DNA from: the human T2T-CHM13v2.0 reference genome, Homo sapiens
Strand: one strand, 5' to 3'
Assembly (NCBI RefSeq): GCF_009914755.1
Contig: NC_060927.1
DNA: 64,000 bases
The translations under genes and the position numbers were made by a program. The notes under the pieces were generated by a model that was not told where the DNA came from, did no database searches, and worked only from the letters and a program-made list of their open reading frames with translations. Of this stretch, positions 45,378-62,793 are shown piece by piece (the first letter of the stretch is position 1; each line of letters starts with the position of its first letter).

Positions 45378-47554
45378 TGAAAACCAGTGTTTTCTAAGGC
45401 AGGGCCCAGGCACAAGGAAGAGAGGTGGGGCTCTGGTAGAGGAGATGCCAGCCCAGGGAAGAAGCACCCAGAGGGACCCCTTCCTGCCAAAGTCAGAACT
45501 CCTGTGGAACCTGAGAATGGGCACTATCTGCCTTCCTCCCACAGTGTTGGGCAAGTAGGGATCTAAAAATCAATAACACTCAGTAAATATTTGGGGATTG
45601 AAAGAGACAAGCTCCCTGACCTCAGACAGCCAACAGTCCAGTGGAAAGACACATAAACAAACCTAACGAGAAAAATTACAAACCAGCATAAGTGCTACAG
45701 AGAAAAAGAAGGGGATGTTTCCAATTTAGATTGGCGGTGTCAGATGCCACAAAGGCAGGCAGGGCCCCAGAGGGGTGCAAGCCCACACTGCTCACCCAGG
45801 ACTCAGCTCAGGCCCCTGTCCCTCTGCAGCCTGCTCAGCTGAGGTACCAGAGCCAAGACACTTCCCAGCTGGCATCACCTACAGGGAGCCAGTCAAGGGG
45901 GCAGATGGATTCCTTCCACTCAGCGTGGTGAAATGCTTACGGGAAAGGGACTTGGCCAGAGGAAGACTGGGGACTAGGGCACACTAAGTGAACAAACAGC
46001 CGTCCCATCCCCAAAAGAAAATGTAAAAATATAATCTCAAAGATCTACTTAGCAAACGAGTTTCATTTTCCTTTAGTTTTCTTGAGAAGAGCGACAGGAA
46101 CAAAAGTGAATCTGAAACACAGCTAAAGGATGCTGGGGTATTACTTAGGGTGTTGATGGTGCTGGGGAACTGGGCTTTAGAGACACCCTAGAAACGCTCT
46201 AGTAAGCACCAAGCTTCGTATCTACTGAATGCTACTCAACAGAGAGACCCCGGGTCAGACTTCCAGGGCTGTACCAAGAGGTGATCCTGATGGGTCCCCA
46301 GCAGCCTCCTCCCTTCCCTCCCTGTCCCACTTATGCCACCAGAAGACGGGCTGTGCGGCAGCCTCACCCCAGAGCTGAGCAGTTGTAACATCACTTCTGA
46401 TACCTCTTCTGGGTCTCAGTCCCTACTCAGTCATCCATAAAACCACTCAGAAGCTCTTCATAGGTAAACAGTTGATCCCAGCTGCCCCCTAAACAAACAC
46501 TTCAGCACAGCACCAATGCCGGCTCAGGAAATGACAACCCATTTAATGCCCGTCTGAGCCAGACACCATGGGGAAAGGAGGGCCATCACAAATAAAAAGC
46601 CGTGCATTCCGAAACCAAACTGAGACAACTGCCTGAGAGCAGCTGGGCCCTCCACACAGCTTCTGAAAGCACCACAGGGAGGACCTAGCACTGCCCTAAC
46701 TGTGAAAAGAGCACTGGGTTTGGAGTCAGAGATCTGAATTTGTACAGCAGCTCCAAAGTTAACTAACTAGCAATGTAACCTGAATGGGGTCGGTTCACCT
46801 CTCGGAGCCTCTTATTTCCTCCTCTCCAAAACCACATCAGCATCACAGGTCTGTAACCCGCCTCACAGCTTACAGAGTGCCCTCACCTGCATTAAATTGT
46901 TTGGGGCACCCAGGAACAGATCCAGTCAATCAGGAATCTATCACCCCCAGTGTATACAGGAGAGAAAAAGGACTAAAAAGGGGTTAGGGCAACTCTGCCA
47001 GGATTACACAGTCAGGGTTATCTCCTGGGCCTCTAGGCCCCAAAGCCAATGGTTATCTTGTTTTAACACATCACCTCGTCAGAGTTGCCATGAGAAGCAA
47101 ATGAGATCACACATAAACAAGTCCTTTGTCACCCAAAAAATGCTAATTAAATATAAAGGTATTTGAGCCTTTTGGCTGGTATTTGAGCCACTGTCTAGTC
47201 CAGGTCTCAACCCTAGGAGTGCCCAAGCCTCATCCCGAGAGTTAAATATAAATAATCTGGGGTGGGCCTTGTTAAGGTATAGTTTCAAAACTCCCCAGGG
47301 GATTCAAAGGTGCACCCAGGATAAGAAATCTCTTGTCTATAGCCCTACCTTCCCTTCCTCGCTCCATTACCCATACAACCACCCTAAACCTAACCCTAAC
47401 CCTAACAGACCATGCAGGATGACACAGGGACCCTCAAAAGGACCCGGGCCTAGGTCTCCCACTAATATGTGACAATCCCCTCTCTGGCAAGGGCTATGTT
47501 TCACTCCTTTGGGTATATGCCACACACAGTAAGAGCTTAATAAGTGAGCACTGA

Positions 47555-47853
47555 GGCTGGGCGCAGTGGCACACACCTATAATCCCAGCACTTTGGGAGG
47601 CCAGGGCAGGCAGACTGATTGAGGCCAGGAGTTCAAGACCAGCCTGGGCAACATAGTGAGACTCCATCTCCACAAAAAACACAAAAATTAGCTGGGCCTG
47701 GTGGCGCATGCCTATAGTCCCAGCTACTTGGGAGGCTGAGATGGAAGAATCATCTGAGCTCAAGGAGGTCAAGGCTGCAATGAGCCGTGATTGCACCACT
47801 GCACTCCAGCCTGGGCAACAGGGCAAGACCCTGTCTCAAAAAATAAATAAATA
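47555..47853 (+). mobile_element. Alu (AluJ-like)
   Basis: Dimeric Alu; TSD-like taag..agcactga. Confidence 0.92.
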
Positions 47854-48230
47854 CGTAAGGCAGCACTGACTTGAACTCAACTGAGTTTTAGATGCTTGAG
47901 CACGGTGGTGTGGGCTGGTTTCATCTGAATAGTAGCGCCAAAACTAGAGAAATGCTGAAGAGAGACTGCCTCCACACACAAGGTCCCTGCAGACTCCAGT
48001 AGAAGATTTAACCAATGACGGAGTCCTCCATTGACCAAGAGATGTCACAGCCTCTCCAGGAAGCTGGCAGGCCCTTTAGTCAGCACATAACTTCTTTCAG
48101 AACCTGCATGAGATGCCCCAAATCAAGGGTCCTTGTTTCTCATACTAAGAAAACCTTTTTTTTAAGGCCACAAGTTCTGCTGCCACCTTATAACAGCAGC
48201 TTAGGAACCTGAAGACAGGTTAGAGTATAA

Positions 48231-49308
<1,078 letters not shown>

Positions 49309-49517
49309 TTAAATTTCATATCATTCCTCAAGTCCAGCAACCAATCAGCTGTTGATAAGCACATGCTATCAAATGGAAGAGAGAGGCCCAAGGCAGGGCC
49401 AGGGATCCAATCCTGCCACGGAGGTCTGCACTTCATATGCATTTTCGTCCTTAGTAAGCAGCCTCCCCACCTCCCTGGTGTTCAAGTCAGACCTGGGTTA
49501 GAATGCAGGCTTCTCCA

Positions 49518-50020
49518 CTTTCTGTTTGGATTCTCCTAGAAAAAGCCCCTGAGACAAGGATTTGAGTACAAGTGACTTTTCTGGGAGGTGACCCCGGGAC
49601 ACATTAGGAGGGGAGTAGGGGAGTGGAGAAATGAGAAAGGAAGGAAAGAAAGCCCCCAAAAAGAAGAGTGTGTTATTAAGCCTGTAACCACTGTGAGCCA
49701 TTAGAGATTAATCCTTGCAGAGAGTTCTAGGAGACCATGCAGAACACCAGCCTCAGAATAAGATTCCCCCAACCCCGAGGTCAAACGAGCTGGGGCATTC
49801 GTCTACCAGTGCCCAACAGCCACTGGTTGAATGCTGCTCTCAGGAAGTAACTCCCTGGCACTTCTGACCTACCCTATCAGCAGGCCCCAAGGTTTAAGGC
49901 CAGAGAAAGCCCTCAGGTTCTCTCCCTCAGGTTCCAGGTTCAGCTGGAAGTCTGGCTGGTATGAGTGAAAGGTACATGCCCAGGGGATATGGGCAGGGTG
50001 CTGAACCATCTGTCACAAGC
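49518..50020 (-). mobile_element. LTR33-like ERVL LTR
   Basis: ccctgagacaaggatttgagtacaag...gggaggtgaccc...gagctggggcattcgtctaccagtgcccaacagccactggttga. Confidence 0.6.
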
Positions 50021-50919
50021 TTGCTGTGTGACCTTGGGGAGGTTACTTACCTTCTCTTATCCCAGTTTCTGCAGCGGTGTAGAATTTTAAAAATCGGAAT
50101 AAAAAATGTCTTCCTCATAAGGATGACATGAAGATTAGATGAGGTCATGCATGGAAGGGATTAGCCCAGTGCCAGGTTTGCAGTAAAGACTCAATATAAG
50201 CTACAGGTTATCATCAATATACTTTATGAGCTTCCTCCTTTTGGAGAGTGGGGATGGGAAAGAAACATTTGGGGAAGGCTGATCTGGAATGGTCCGACAC
50301 TACTTCCCCATGGGCAGCCACGCACTCAGTGCCTTGCTTAGGAAAAGTTCCAGAAAGACATTCAAGGGACCCCAAGCCCACCAAGGGTCATTGTGCAGAC
50401 CCAACCTCTTCCGATGTCTAACAACAGCAGAAAATTCCTAAAAGAAACTGATGCAAAATCAAGGAGGCATTCCCCAGTCCCTGCCAGCCCCCTCAATTTA
50501 TTTTATAAAGGATTTCTGACCCAGATGGAGAATGAGACTTGAAAGCAGGCAGCAGGCTGATGCAGTCTAAGCAATTTCCTCCCTGAGGGAGGAGAGCCAC
50601 CAAACAAATGCCCCCATCTAGATGCCTTCGGATAGGCCTGGCCCAGAGGCAAGGGGCTAGATCTTGAGAAACTTCAAGGCTCCTCCCAGCCCCTGAAGAA
50701 TTGTATCCTAAAGCGTGTCCTAACAAACACTAATGCCCTCCCCGCAGTAGGTTCCTTCGGAAAATGGTGCTGGAGTCAAATGTGTTTGAAAAAGGCTTCG
50801 TGCCATAACCCCCTCTTGGCAAATTCTTATACCCATTACATATTAAAAGCTTTAATGCCTAAGAATTCTGTTTAATCCAATATTTCCTAAATTTATTTGA
50901 CACACACCATGTGTGTGTA

Positions 50920-52255
<1,336 letters not shown>

Positions 52256-53719
52256 TATGTGAGACATCTATGAACAGCCCTCCAAGGGGCACATTTAGTG
52301 GGAGAGCCTGGGCTGAAGGCGGTCCTCAGAGCCACAACCCGTCATCTTTGCAACCCCATGGCCTAGACAGTGCCTATTATAAGGTAGGCACCTAATAAAT
52401 GATTATTATCTGAACAAATAGGGAGAAGGCTGAAAGAACGACTTAATGATGGTTTTCAAATCTGTTAAGTGATATAGTATCGGCAGTGCCAGGCAACAGC
52501 TCTCTGTTTCTAAGAAGGCACACATTTTAAATTGCAGCAGGAGGGATTTTGGAAGCCCTGCTCAGAGTTTAGGATTACAACCCACCAAAATAGGCTTCCA
52601 AGCCGAGCTGCGTCGCTTCCTTCTGTGGAGGTGTTGGTCTAGCACTTCGGCAGAGCTTAGAGTCTGCGTGCAGACGTCCACCCACCCCACCACCCATTCA
52701 TTCATTTGCTTGTTCATTCAAACCCTCACTGAGCACCTACTGTGTGCTGAGCACTGATGGAGGTGAGGCACTGGGTCCCTCAGGATTCCCTCCAAAAGAC
52801 AAGGTGGGACCTCAGTGAGTTCTGTGATAAAGCCCAGGGAGCCCTGAAGGGGAAGGCAGAGGGGACCATGAAAGTGTGAGGTCAGGAGGCCACAAGCCCA
52901 GATGCAGCAGCTCATAACCCGACCAGAGCAAGAGGTAGTGGGCAGGGAGGGGGGCCTATTACAGTTTCACACTGACACATGAGGCTAGCCTAAAGAATAA
53001 AGCCTCTACTGTCTCCTTGTGTTTGTTTGTCTAACCACCCCCCCTTTCTCTTGTGACCATATCTCATTGTTCCCAGAGAACAGCCCTACCCCCACTTCCA
53101 AGTCCTTACCCTCCTCATACTCACAGTTCCAATCTCCTCTTCCTTTCTTTAAGGCACACTCCCCTTCCTTCACACCACCTCGGAATTCTTCCCCATCGCC
53201 TGTCTTGCTCCTCCACCCCCTGACTTCCTCATTCTCCACACTCTATACCATCCCTTCTGGATCTGGGATGTCCTCAGTAGGTTTTCATACCCACTCACCA
53301 GACGAATGAATAAACCAGAAGTCAAACCTAGGCCCATCTTTCTACTAACCTCCCCCTCAAAAGGTGAGCCACAGATTGTTTTGCCTCAAAAAGGAAGGGG
53401 GGATTGGGGCGAGGGGGCAAGAGAGAGTCCAGGGCTGATCATCCCTCTCATCCTGTTTTACCACCACCACTATGACCCAATCGCCTTCCAGATCTGCATC
53501 TGTGCATTAGTGCACACTCACCAGCCCCACCTGGATGCCTCCCAATAAGTCTGCATGTATGCACTGATTGTGCTTCTTTTAAACAGGGGCTGAGATGGGC
53601 ATGATAAGAGGACACCCTGGAGGACTTTAGGAGGTCTTGCCACTGTTGCAAGACACTGACCCACAGAATTCCAGGCTTAGGTGTAACCTGAGCCGTCTTC
53701 TTGGCCAATGATCCCAAAC

Positions 53720-53910
53720 CTAAGAGCTGGTCATCAAAATCACCTGGGGAGATTTGAAAACCAGCTCCAAGTTGTTTTAAATAGAGATCCATTCCTGGGC
53801 CCTACCCTAGACCTTTGGAAGTTGTACCTTCCCAGTGCGGCCTGTGAATCTGCATTTTTTCAAAAACTTCCCAGGTGATTATGATAAGCCAAAGTTAAGA
53901 ATCAATGATG
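53720..53910. mobile_element. MER5A-like DNA transposon
   Basis: catcaaaatcacctggggag...ttcctgggccctaccctagacct...gaatctgcatttttt...cttcccaggtgattatgat. Confidence 0.7.
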
Positions 53911-53929
53911 CAGTCAGTGACCCATCCAA

Positions 53930-54560
53930 ACTTTCACCAAGCAGTCAATTTCCTCAGTAACAAGCCAAGGAGGTGGCCATCCAGTCTCCACTTGAACACC
54001 TCCACTGACAGAGAGCTGGCTACCCTAAGAGGCACCTGATTTGGCTGCTGCAAACCCAATGGCTAGAAAGGTGTCATCCACCTAGAGCTGAGACCTGTCT
54101 ACTACTTCCACCCATCTGCCACAAGCCTACCCTTGGGAGCAACAGAAAATAATTTAGTCCCTCTTCTAATATCTGAAAACAGAGATCCCAGCAATAACAC
54201 CTTGCCCTTCGCGTTAGGTTTTCTTACCTGATATGGTCTGCTTTTCTCCCAGCTAAATATCCTCCATTCTCTCAAATGCTCTCTCAGAAGTTTCCACTCC
54301 CCTTACAAAACTGGTCACTCTCCTTTGAAGTCTAGAATCAGAGGCCGTTGTATTTCAGACCAGGCCTCAATCCTCTGATGAACTGGATAAGGCTATAAAC
54401 CTAACCAAGATCCTGTGGGCCTTTTCTAACAGCCATCCCAAAATGCGGGCTCACATTAAGCTCACTGTCCGCTAACTAGAAACCCCCAGATTTTCTTCAC
54501 AATGCTGTAAAGAGAGATCTTCCCTGTCCTACATTTGGATATTGCCTTAAGGAAGGAAAA
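53930..54560 (-). mobile_element. L3/CR1 LINE relic
   Basis: gccatccagtctccacttgaacacctccactgacagagagct...ctagaaag...cttccacccat is a typical CR1 3' region in reverse. Confidence 0.55.
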
Positions 54561-56678
54561 AAAAAAAAAAAAAGCAGGGCTTTCCAATTTTGCAATTTTG
54601 TGTTTGGGAGCAGAATGAATACTGATCCTGCCTTCCATGAGCCAGCTACCCTCATCTGATAAGCATGGATGAGACAAGGATGCTAGGGCCTCACTTATGT
54701 AACTGTACCCAAAGGATTTACGGGCACCATCATGTTGAAGCCCCCAGAGCAAACTTTTCTTTCTCAACACAGGCTACACTCCTGGGAAACACATGACGGC
54801 AGGTTGCACCCACCACCAAGATAAAGTTAACTGAAGTAGCAAGCAGGCAGCCACGGACAGCAAGGCACTCAGCAAGAGGCTGCGCCATCACGGGAGGCTC
54901 CCTCCTCAGGTCCCAGTTTGGTGAGGACCAAGGTGGCAGTTCCATTCATGCCTCATGCGGGAGAGGAGGCCTGGCCCGAACATGGGCCACCACCCTGCGT
55001 GTGCTCCAGCCACACCCTCGGACAGAGGGACTCATGGCCAGAGCTTGAATGCATAGGAGAGTTCCTGTCCAAATATTATAAACTGATTTTGAAACTCTCT
55101 GTGAGGTTGATGGGGTTTAACGCATCATCCATGTCCTCTTTACAGACAAACATGAACGCACTGTTCTGGGTCCCACAGCACACAGAACTCATGCTCCTGT
55201 TGCAGACGAACATTTAGATTGAATTATTAACAGTGTACATTCCCACAAATACAGCAGCTGGGCATTGTGCCCCTCCGCTGAGTCTCTGCCATTCCTGAAG
55301 TCCTCCCCCAGGGATCAAGGCACTCTAGGGATCTAGAAGACGACCCCCACCCCAGCCACTTCTGCTCTCCTCCAAATACCCACTCCTAGCTTTTGGGAGA
55401 AAGAGGCGATCTAATAAGCAATAAGTAAATATAATCGGCAAATACAGTCAGCCTTGAGGCAAGAGAAGCAGACCCTCCTCCACTCGAAACCCAAAGCCAA
55501 CCCCCAACCCCAGCCTGCTGCTGCGCTGGGGTTGAGCCTGCTGCTGAAGTTCACTGCCACTGAATTTCTCCTATCCAGAAATGCAGGTGATAGGGAAAGC
55601 AATTGGTGGCAGACAATACCCGGGCCTGTGGGTGAAAGTGTGTCTTCCTCCACTCTACCCAGCGTCTCACATGGGGCAGCCAGAGTGATCCACCAGACAG
55701 GCCTCTGGGCCAAGTTCCAGAGCAAGGTGGCAGCTCTTCAGCGGGGCTCATTGGGCTGGGCTGCTGAGCAGGTAGGTAGCAGGAAAGGTTCTTGAAAGAG
55801 AAGAAAGGGACTCCATGGAGTCAGAAGAGCCCCAGGTACTTACTTCCCTGGGGAGCCAGAGGTCGAGGTCCGAAGAACCATCAAGGCCCAGGACCAGAAA
55901 AGCGAACGGCCAGGGGAAGCCAACTACCAGCCAAGAATAAACAGGACAGGGCTGCCATGATCTCCTTTCAAAGTTAACACAAAGGCTTCCCAGGCCCACG
56001 TCCACCACCTGGGTCAGCCTCATACCAGATAGACAGATGCGCACGTGCTCACGTACACACATGCACCCCTGAACAGCCACAGCCTCGATTCTTGGTCCAT
56101 ATTCCTACCCCCACCCCTCATTTGTCTCCTCGCTACAGACACACGTGCTCACAGTCACAGAATTTCACCCACACAGCGCCTGTGCCTTTCTGATCACTGG
56201 AACAACTGGTGACAGTTGTAGGTTCAAATAGGCACAAAAGAAGAAATGCAGGAAATCACTAAGAAGCTGGGGAAAGACAGGGTGGGGTGGGAGATGGGTT
56301 GTCCCACACTGCAGGGAAAACCCCTAGCGGCTCCCCCAAGCTCACGGGGACCCATGCGGGGTCAGAATCTTCTCCTCAGAAACCATGTCAGGCAGATTGA
56401 ATGTGGATGCATAATAATAATACCCCATATTTGAACAGGACTCTCCACTTTTCAAAGAGCTCTTCCATCCATCATCACCTAGAGTCCAGACCATAGAGCT
56501 GCTGCTAATCTCCTGGAGTGCAAATGACCACCCCACCCCACAGGGCACAACGATACCTTCTCCAAAATAATCGTTAATAGCTAAGCATATGTAATAGTTG
56601 TGTGAGCATGCTTGTTTTTGTGTGAGTGCGTGCAGAAGCTTTATGTAGCAGAGTGGGATACAGTCAAACAAAAATGAG

Positions 56679-56692
56679 GTTGCCATGGCAAC
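56679..56692. promoter_or_regulatory. Perfect palindromic RFX X-box
   Basis: GTTGCCATGGCAAC, a 14/14 match to the consensus, in apparently non-repetitive intron 1 DNA. Confidence 0.65.
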
Positions 56693-59600
56693 AGGCTCCA
56701 GCATCATTGCAGCCTATTAACACAAGTGAGGAATGTGTTTGGCAGATGCTCCAGTGTTATTTATGGTATGGGTGTAGCAGAGGGACTTCTAACAGGCAAA
56801 GGAGGAGAAAAAAACAACCCCGTGACGCTCCTACTATACCCCAGCGAGGAGACAGGAGTCGACAGTGAGACAAGAGCACAGCAGAGGCTGAGAGGCCTCG
56901 AACAGGGAGGGAGAGATGGGAAAGCAGAGCCTGCAGGAAGGCAGCAGAGAGGTGAGGTGGGCAGACAGTAACAGGGATCAGAGGGAGAGGGAAGAGAAAG
57001 GAAGTCAGAGAGGAAAGGAGCAGGCAGAGAGAGAGAAGGAGCCGAGGGGGAGGGTGACAAACACTATGGACAGAGCCAGAGGGATGGAGAAGGGAAGAAA
57101 CACCATCCCACCAAGAGGGGCTGTGGCACCTTGTGTCCTGTTCCTCCCTTGAGTCAAAACTGTCAGGAGCCACTGGTTAAGAAACCAAATGCTTCTCCTA
57201 ATTGGAGCCAAGGGCAGAGCCCCACACATAAGAGAGGCTGAAGAAGAATAAAATACACAGGTCAGATAATGATGTTGAGGACCTGAGTAAAGGGGGAGAG
57301 GTCCAGCCTTGCAAGAGGAGCAGTGAAGAAATGCCAGTCCAGTTTACTGAGGGCCTACTATGTGTCCAAGCCACCGAAGGGGGAATTCCCAAAGCCCCAA
57401 CATAGGAACTGCTCATTGCCACCCATTTCCCTGGACATGTGTCTCAACAAAGAAAAGAACAAGGCATCTAATCCCAACCACTCTTACATGCCTGCTGTTC
57501 TGGAGTAACCTGAGGCAGAGGTTAATGCTGGACTTCCCCCACCAGCCAGCAGGGTTTGCTCAAGAAAGACAAATTTTATATGAGGCATAATCAAAAGGGT
57601 AAATCAAGTACAAACAAAAAAAGATACAGTTTTCTCTGAAGCCAAATAGAGGAAATGTTTGCATTCCCTTGTCTTGAACCACTCATAACAAGCTCTGCAC
57701 CACTCAGGGAAGATCATATAAAGTAAGTGTAAATCCACCCAAAATCCTACAGCCTTGCAAAAGTCTAAAGACCACAGTGGGTAAAAGAACAGGGTAGGAG
57801 CCAGTGGGGGTGGGGAGAGAAGGGAGAGGGATTTGCCTAAGGAACCAGAAGGAGAAGTCAGTCAGACAGACACTCTGTTGCTGCAATGGTATTTTCATGC
57901 TAAGGTGGAATTGGGGCCCCCCCCCAGGCTCAGCACCCCTTTCCTGGGATCTGACTCCAACCCCCCTCAGGAGAAACCATACCTACAGCTGTAATCAGAC
58001 CCTGTGTCCCAAGTCTGGTTCACAAAATACCCTGAACTATCCTGAAAATCTCCATATGGATGACATGCCCCTTCCTCTGCAGAAAAGCTACATCCACCCA
58101 AATCAGGAGCAGTCCCCAAAGATACAACAACCATCTGAAAGCACGAGTCCTCGGGTCAAAAGAGTTGGGGCTTTTATAAGCACTAACAATGGTAGTAACT
58201 TTTAAACCACCACCTCTCAAAAGTCTTCTGCAAAGCTGGTCTCTAAAGATTTTTTTTTTCTTCTCATCTCAGATCTGAAAAAACTTTTAACTTAGCATCA
58301 ACAGCCCCACTTACTCCACTCACTGGACCCCAACTATATTGGCAAGCAGTTATTAAATCCCTACTAAGTATTCTGCACTGTGCTTAGGTAAGGGTGAGAG
58401 AATAGAGGAGGAAAAACACATACACCTTGGGATTTGTGCATCCATGGAGGTTACACTGGACAGACAGCAAAACAAGTGGACACTGGAAAATGAATAAGTG
58501 CTCCACTCTGTGCCTCTGACTCTATTGTTAATCATACAGAAGACCACGAGGTCAGTGTGGCTGGAATGGAAGAAGAAGGTTCCTTGCAGGGGTACAGCTT
58601 GGGGCAGAGGACGTTAGAAGTGGAAGGGACATAAACATTCCTCTCATTCTCTAGAAAAGGTAGCAAAGGCCCAGAGAGCTTGTGTGTCCCCTCCGTCCCA
58701 GTCACAGAGCACCCTGCAGGTTCAGCTAGAGCCCAGAGCCCTGAAACCCATAACAGTGCTATTCTCTATGGAAGAATACTATGTCCAGGAAGCCAGGGGA
58801 CACAGGAGAGCAACTCAAGAAAGATGCGGTACTCAAGAGGATAAAAGTCTAAGAGAAGGCACTAGAAGAGGGGAGACAGAGGAAGGCAATGACAATGGAA
58901 AACCCTTAAGAGGTTCTATTCGAGAAGGCAGACACCAGTGGGCAGATGTGTGCACTGGGGTCCAAGGTGAAGAGACTTGCCTGTAGCAAGGGCCCAGTGG
59001 ACTCTCACAGTGGAGCAGCATGCAAACAAGCAGGTTCAGAAGCAATCATGGATGAGGACCAGGAAACCAGACCACAGGACACTAAAGGGAGATATGGTAT
59101 GGATGGCAGGGGGGCTCCTCTCACCCTGAGGTCAGGATAGCCAACATGCCCCTCTCACAGAAGCCTTTAAGAGAGTCACCAGCTAACCAGGCAAAAGTTG
59201 TATTTCTTCCTGAACCTGCAGTTCTAGACTCACCCAACAAATCCCAGCAGGGATAAAATGTCCCTACCACAAGCAATGACCAGGGGCACCCACTTGAAGG
59301 GGTCATGATGTTCAACAACAGCTTTCTGCTCAGGCCGGAAGGGGAATTGCCACCACACACATCTCGGAGGCTCCTTCCCACTTTAGCGAAGGGCAGCTTT
59401 TTGGCTTGGGGCGCTCTGCTAACTGAAACAAACTTGTCAGTCCTTCTGCAAGTTCAGGGATATCTCCAGCTACCAAATCCCCAGCCTTAGACAGGTGGCA
59501 GGCTCATGCTACCTCCTCCTTACCACTGAGCAAGGGGTGCAGGGTGTCCCCTCACCAACCCTCTATCCAGGGCTGGATTAACAAAGCAGCAGTGGCACTC

Positions 59601-59892
59601 ACGAGGGGGTGGCTGCTAGAGGGTCCAGCCACTTTCGTTAGGGGCCTTTTGTATATAGGAACAGAAGCTCAGGAAGAGATGGGAAACACTCCTTATAATT
59701 TTCTCCTCCAACCTTCCTCACTGCATTCCCACAGTGATGGCTACAGTTCAGTACACGTTATCTAAGGGGCAAGGAACACTGCAAACGACACAAGGGCACT
59801 CTTTTTGTAAATGAAGCCGCTGGGGCTCAGAGTGGGGTAAGAAGCTCCCAAATAGCCTACATGGCCGAGCCCTGTCTCTCTGGCTCTTTTCA

Positions 59893-61554
<1,662 letters not shown>

Positions 61555-62745
61555 CTAAGCGGAGCCCAGCTGCTCTCGGGGCTCGGCGGCGGCGAGGGCG
61601 GCTCGGCGGGGGTCCCGGCGAAGAGACACTGCGGGTGCGCTTTCCTCGCAGCGGACTGGGAGCGACTGGGAGGTGCGGGCGCCAGCCAGCATTATTTTCT
61701 TACGAGGGGTGGGGAGGTGGGATGGGAGGTGGAGAGGACGGGGGAGGGGGCGACGGGCGGAGCAACAGCTCCGGAGCCCCGGGGGGGAGGGTCCTGGAGC
61801 CCGGGGGGGCCGTTGCCCGCATCCCCCACCTCTCGCGGCGAGAGTGGATGCGTGGCCCCGGCGAAAGCCGAGCCGAGCCTTCGGCGCGTCCGCGCAGGGG
61901 GCGGGGTCCGGGTCAGGGACCGGCTCCTGCGGTGCGGCCCTTCCCCTCTCGCCTCTCCCTTTCCCGCAAACGGAGCGGGGCCGGCCGGGACCTGCCGGCC
62001 CGGAGAGCTGTCGCGCCCGCTTCGCAAGCCCCAAGCTCCTCGTCGCCGGCTGCGGGCCCACCGCGGCCGGCGCGGAACGACTAGGCGGAGGACGGAATCC
62101 GGCGCAGCGCTGCCGCGGTTCTGCCCCGACGCAGGCAGGCTTCTCCCGGGGAGTAAGGCATCCAGAGATCCAGCGCCGGGGCTCAGAAGCAGCCGGCCCA
62201 GAGGGGCCCGCCTGAGAGCCGCGGCGCCCGAGAGGCGCTCCGGGGGGGCCCGCGGGAGCCCGGCTCAGGGCGCGCCATGCACGCTTCGGGCCCTGCGCCG
62301 CTCCGGCCGCTCGCGCCGCTCCTCCCTTCTCGCCCGCTCGCCGCCGCCGGAGAGCCCTCCGCATCCCCTCCTCCCGCTGCCTCCCCGCCCCCCGCGCCGC
62401 CCGGGCCTCGGCTCACAGCCGCGCGAGGCCGCCTCCGCCCCCGGCCTGGCCATGGCCCCAGCCTCGGCGCCCCGCGGGCATCCTCAGGCCTGGCCGCGGG
62501 CACCCCAGTTCCCCTTCCTCACCTAAAATTCTCGCTGCGCCCCTCCCTCCCTGGGACTAGGAGCCGCATCCAGCCTGCGGTCCCGTCACCAGACCTGGGT
62601 GGAGCGCGGTCTTCCCCCGCCCCCGGCCAGGGCTCCAGCGCCCCCAGTCCTAGCTCCCCTCTTTTGTATCCCCCTTTAATCCCCCTCCCCCCATTTAACC
62701 CAACTTCAGCCCCGGCGCTGCGCCCCCCTTCCCTGGCCCGGCTCG

Positions 62746-62793
62746 ATTGGCCGCTTCCGGAGCTGTCAGACTACAGTCCGGCGCTCTTATTGG
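62746..62793 (-). promoter_or_regulatory. Two CCAAT boxes flanking an ETS (CCGGAAG) site
   Basis: ATTGG at 62746-62750 and 62789-62793, and CTTCCGG at 62754-62760, on the + strand. Confidence 0.5.
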
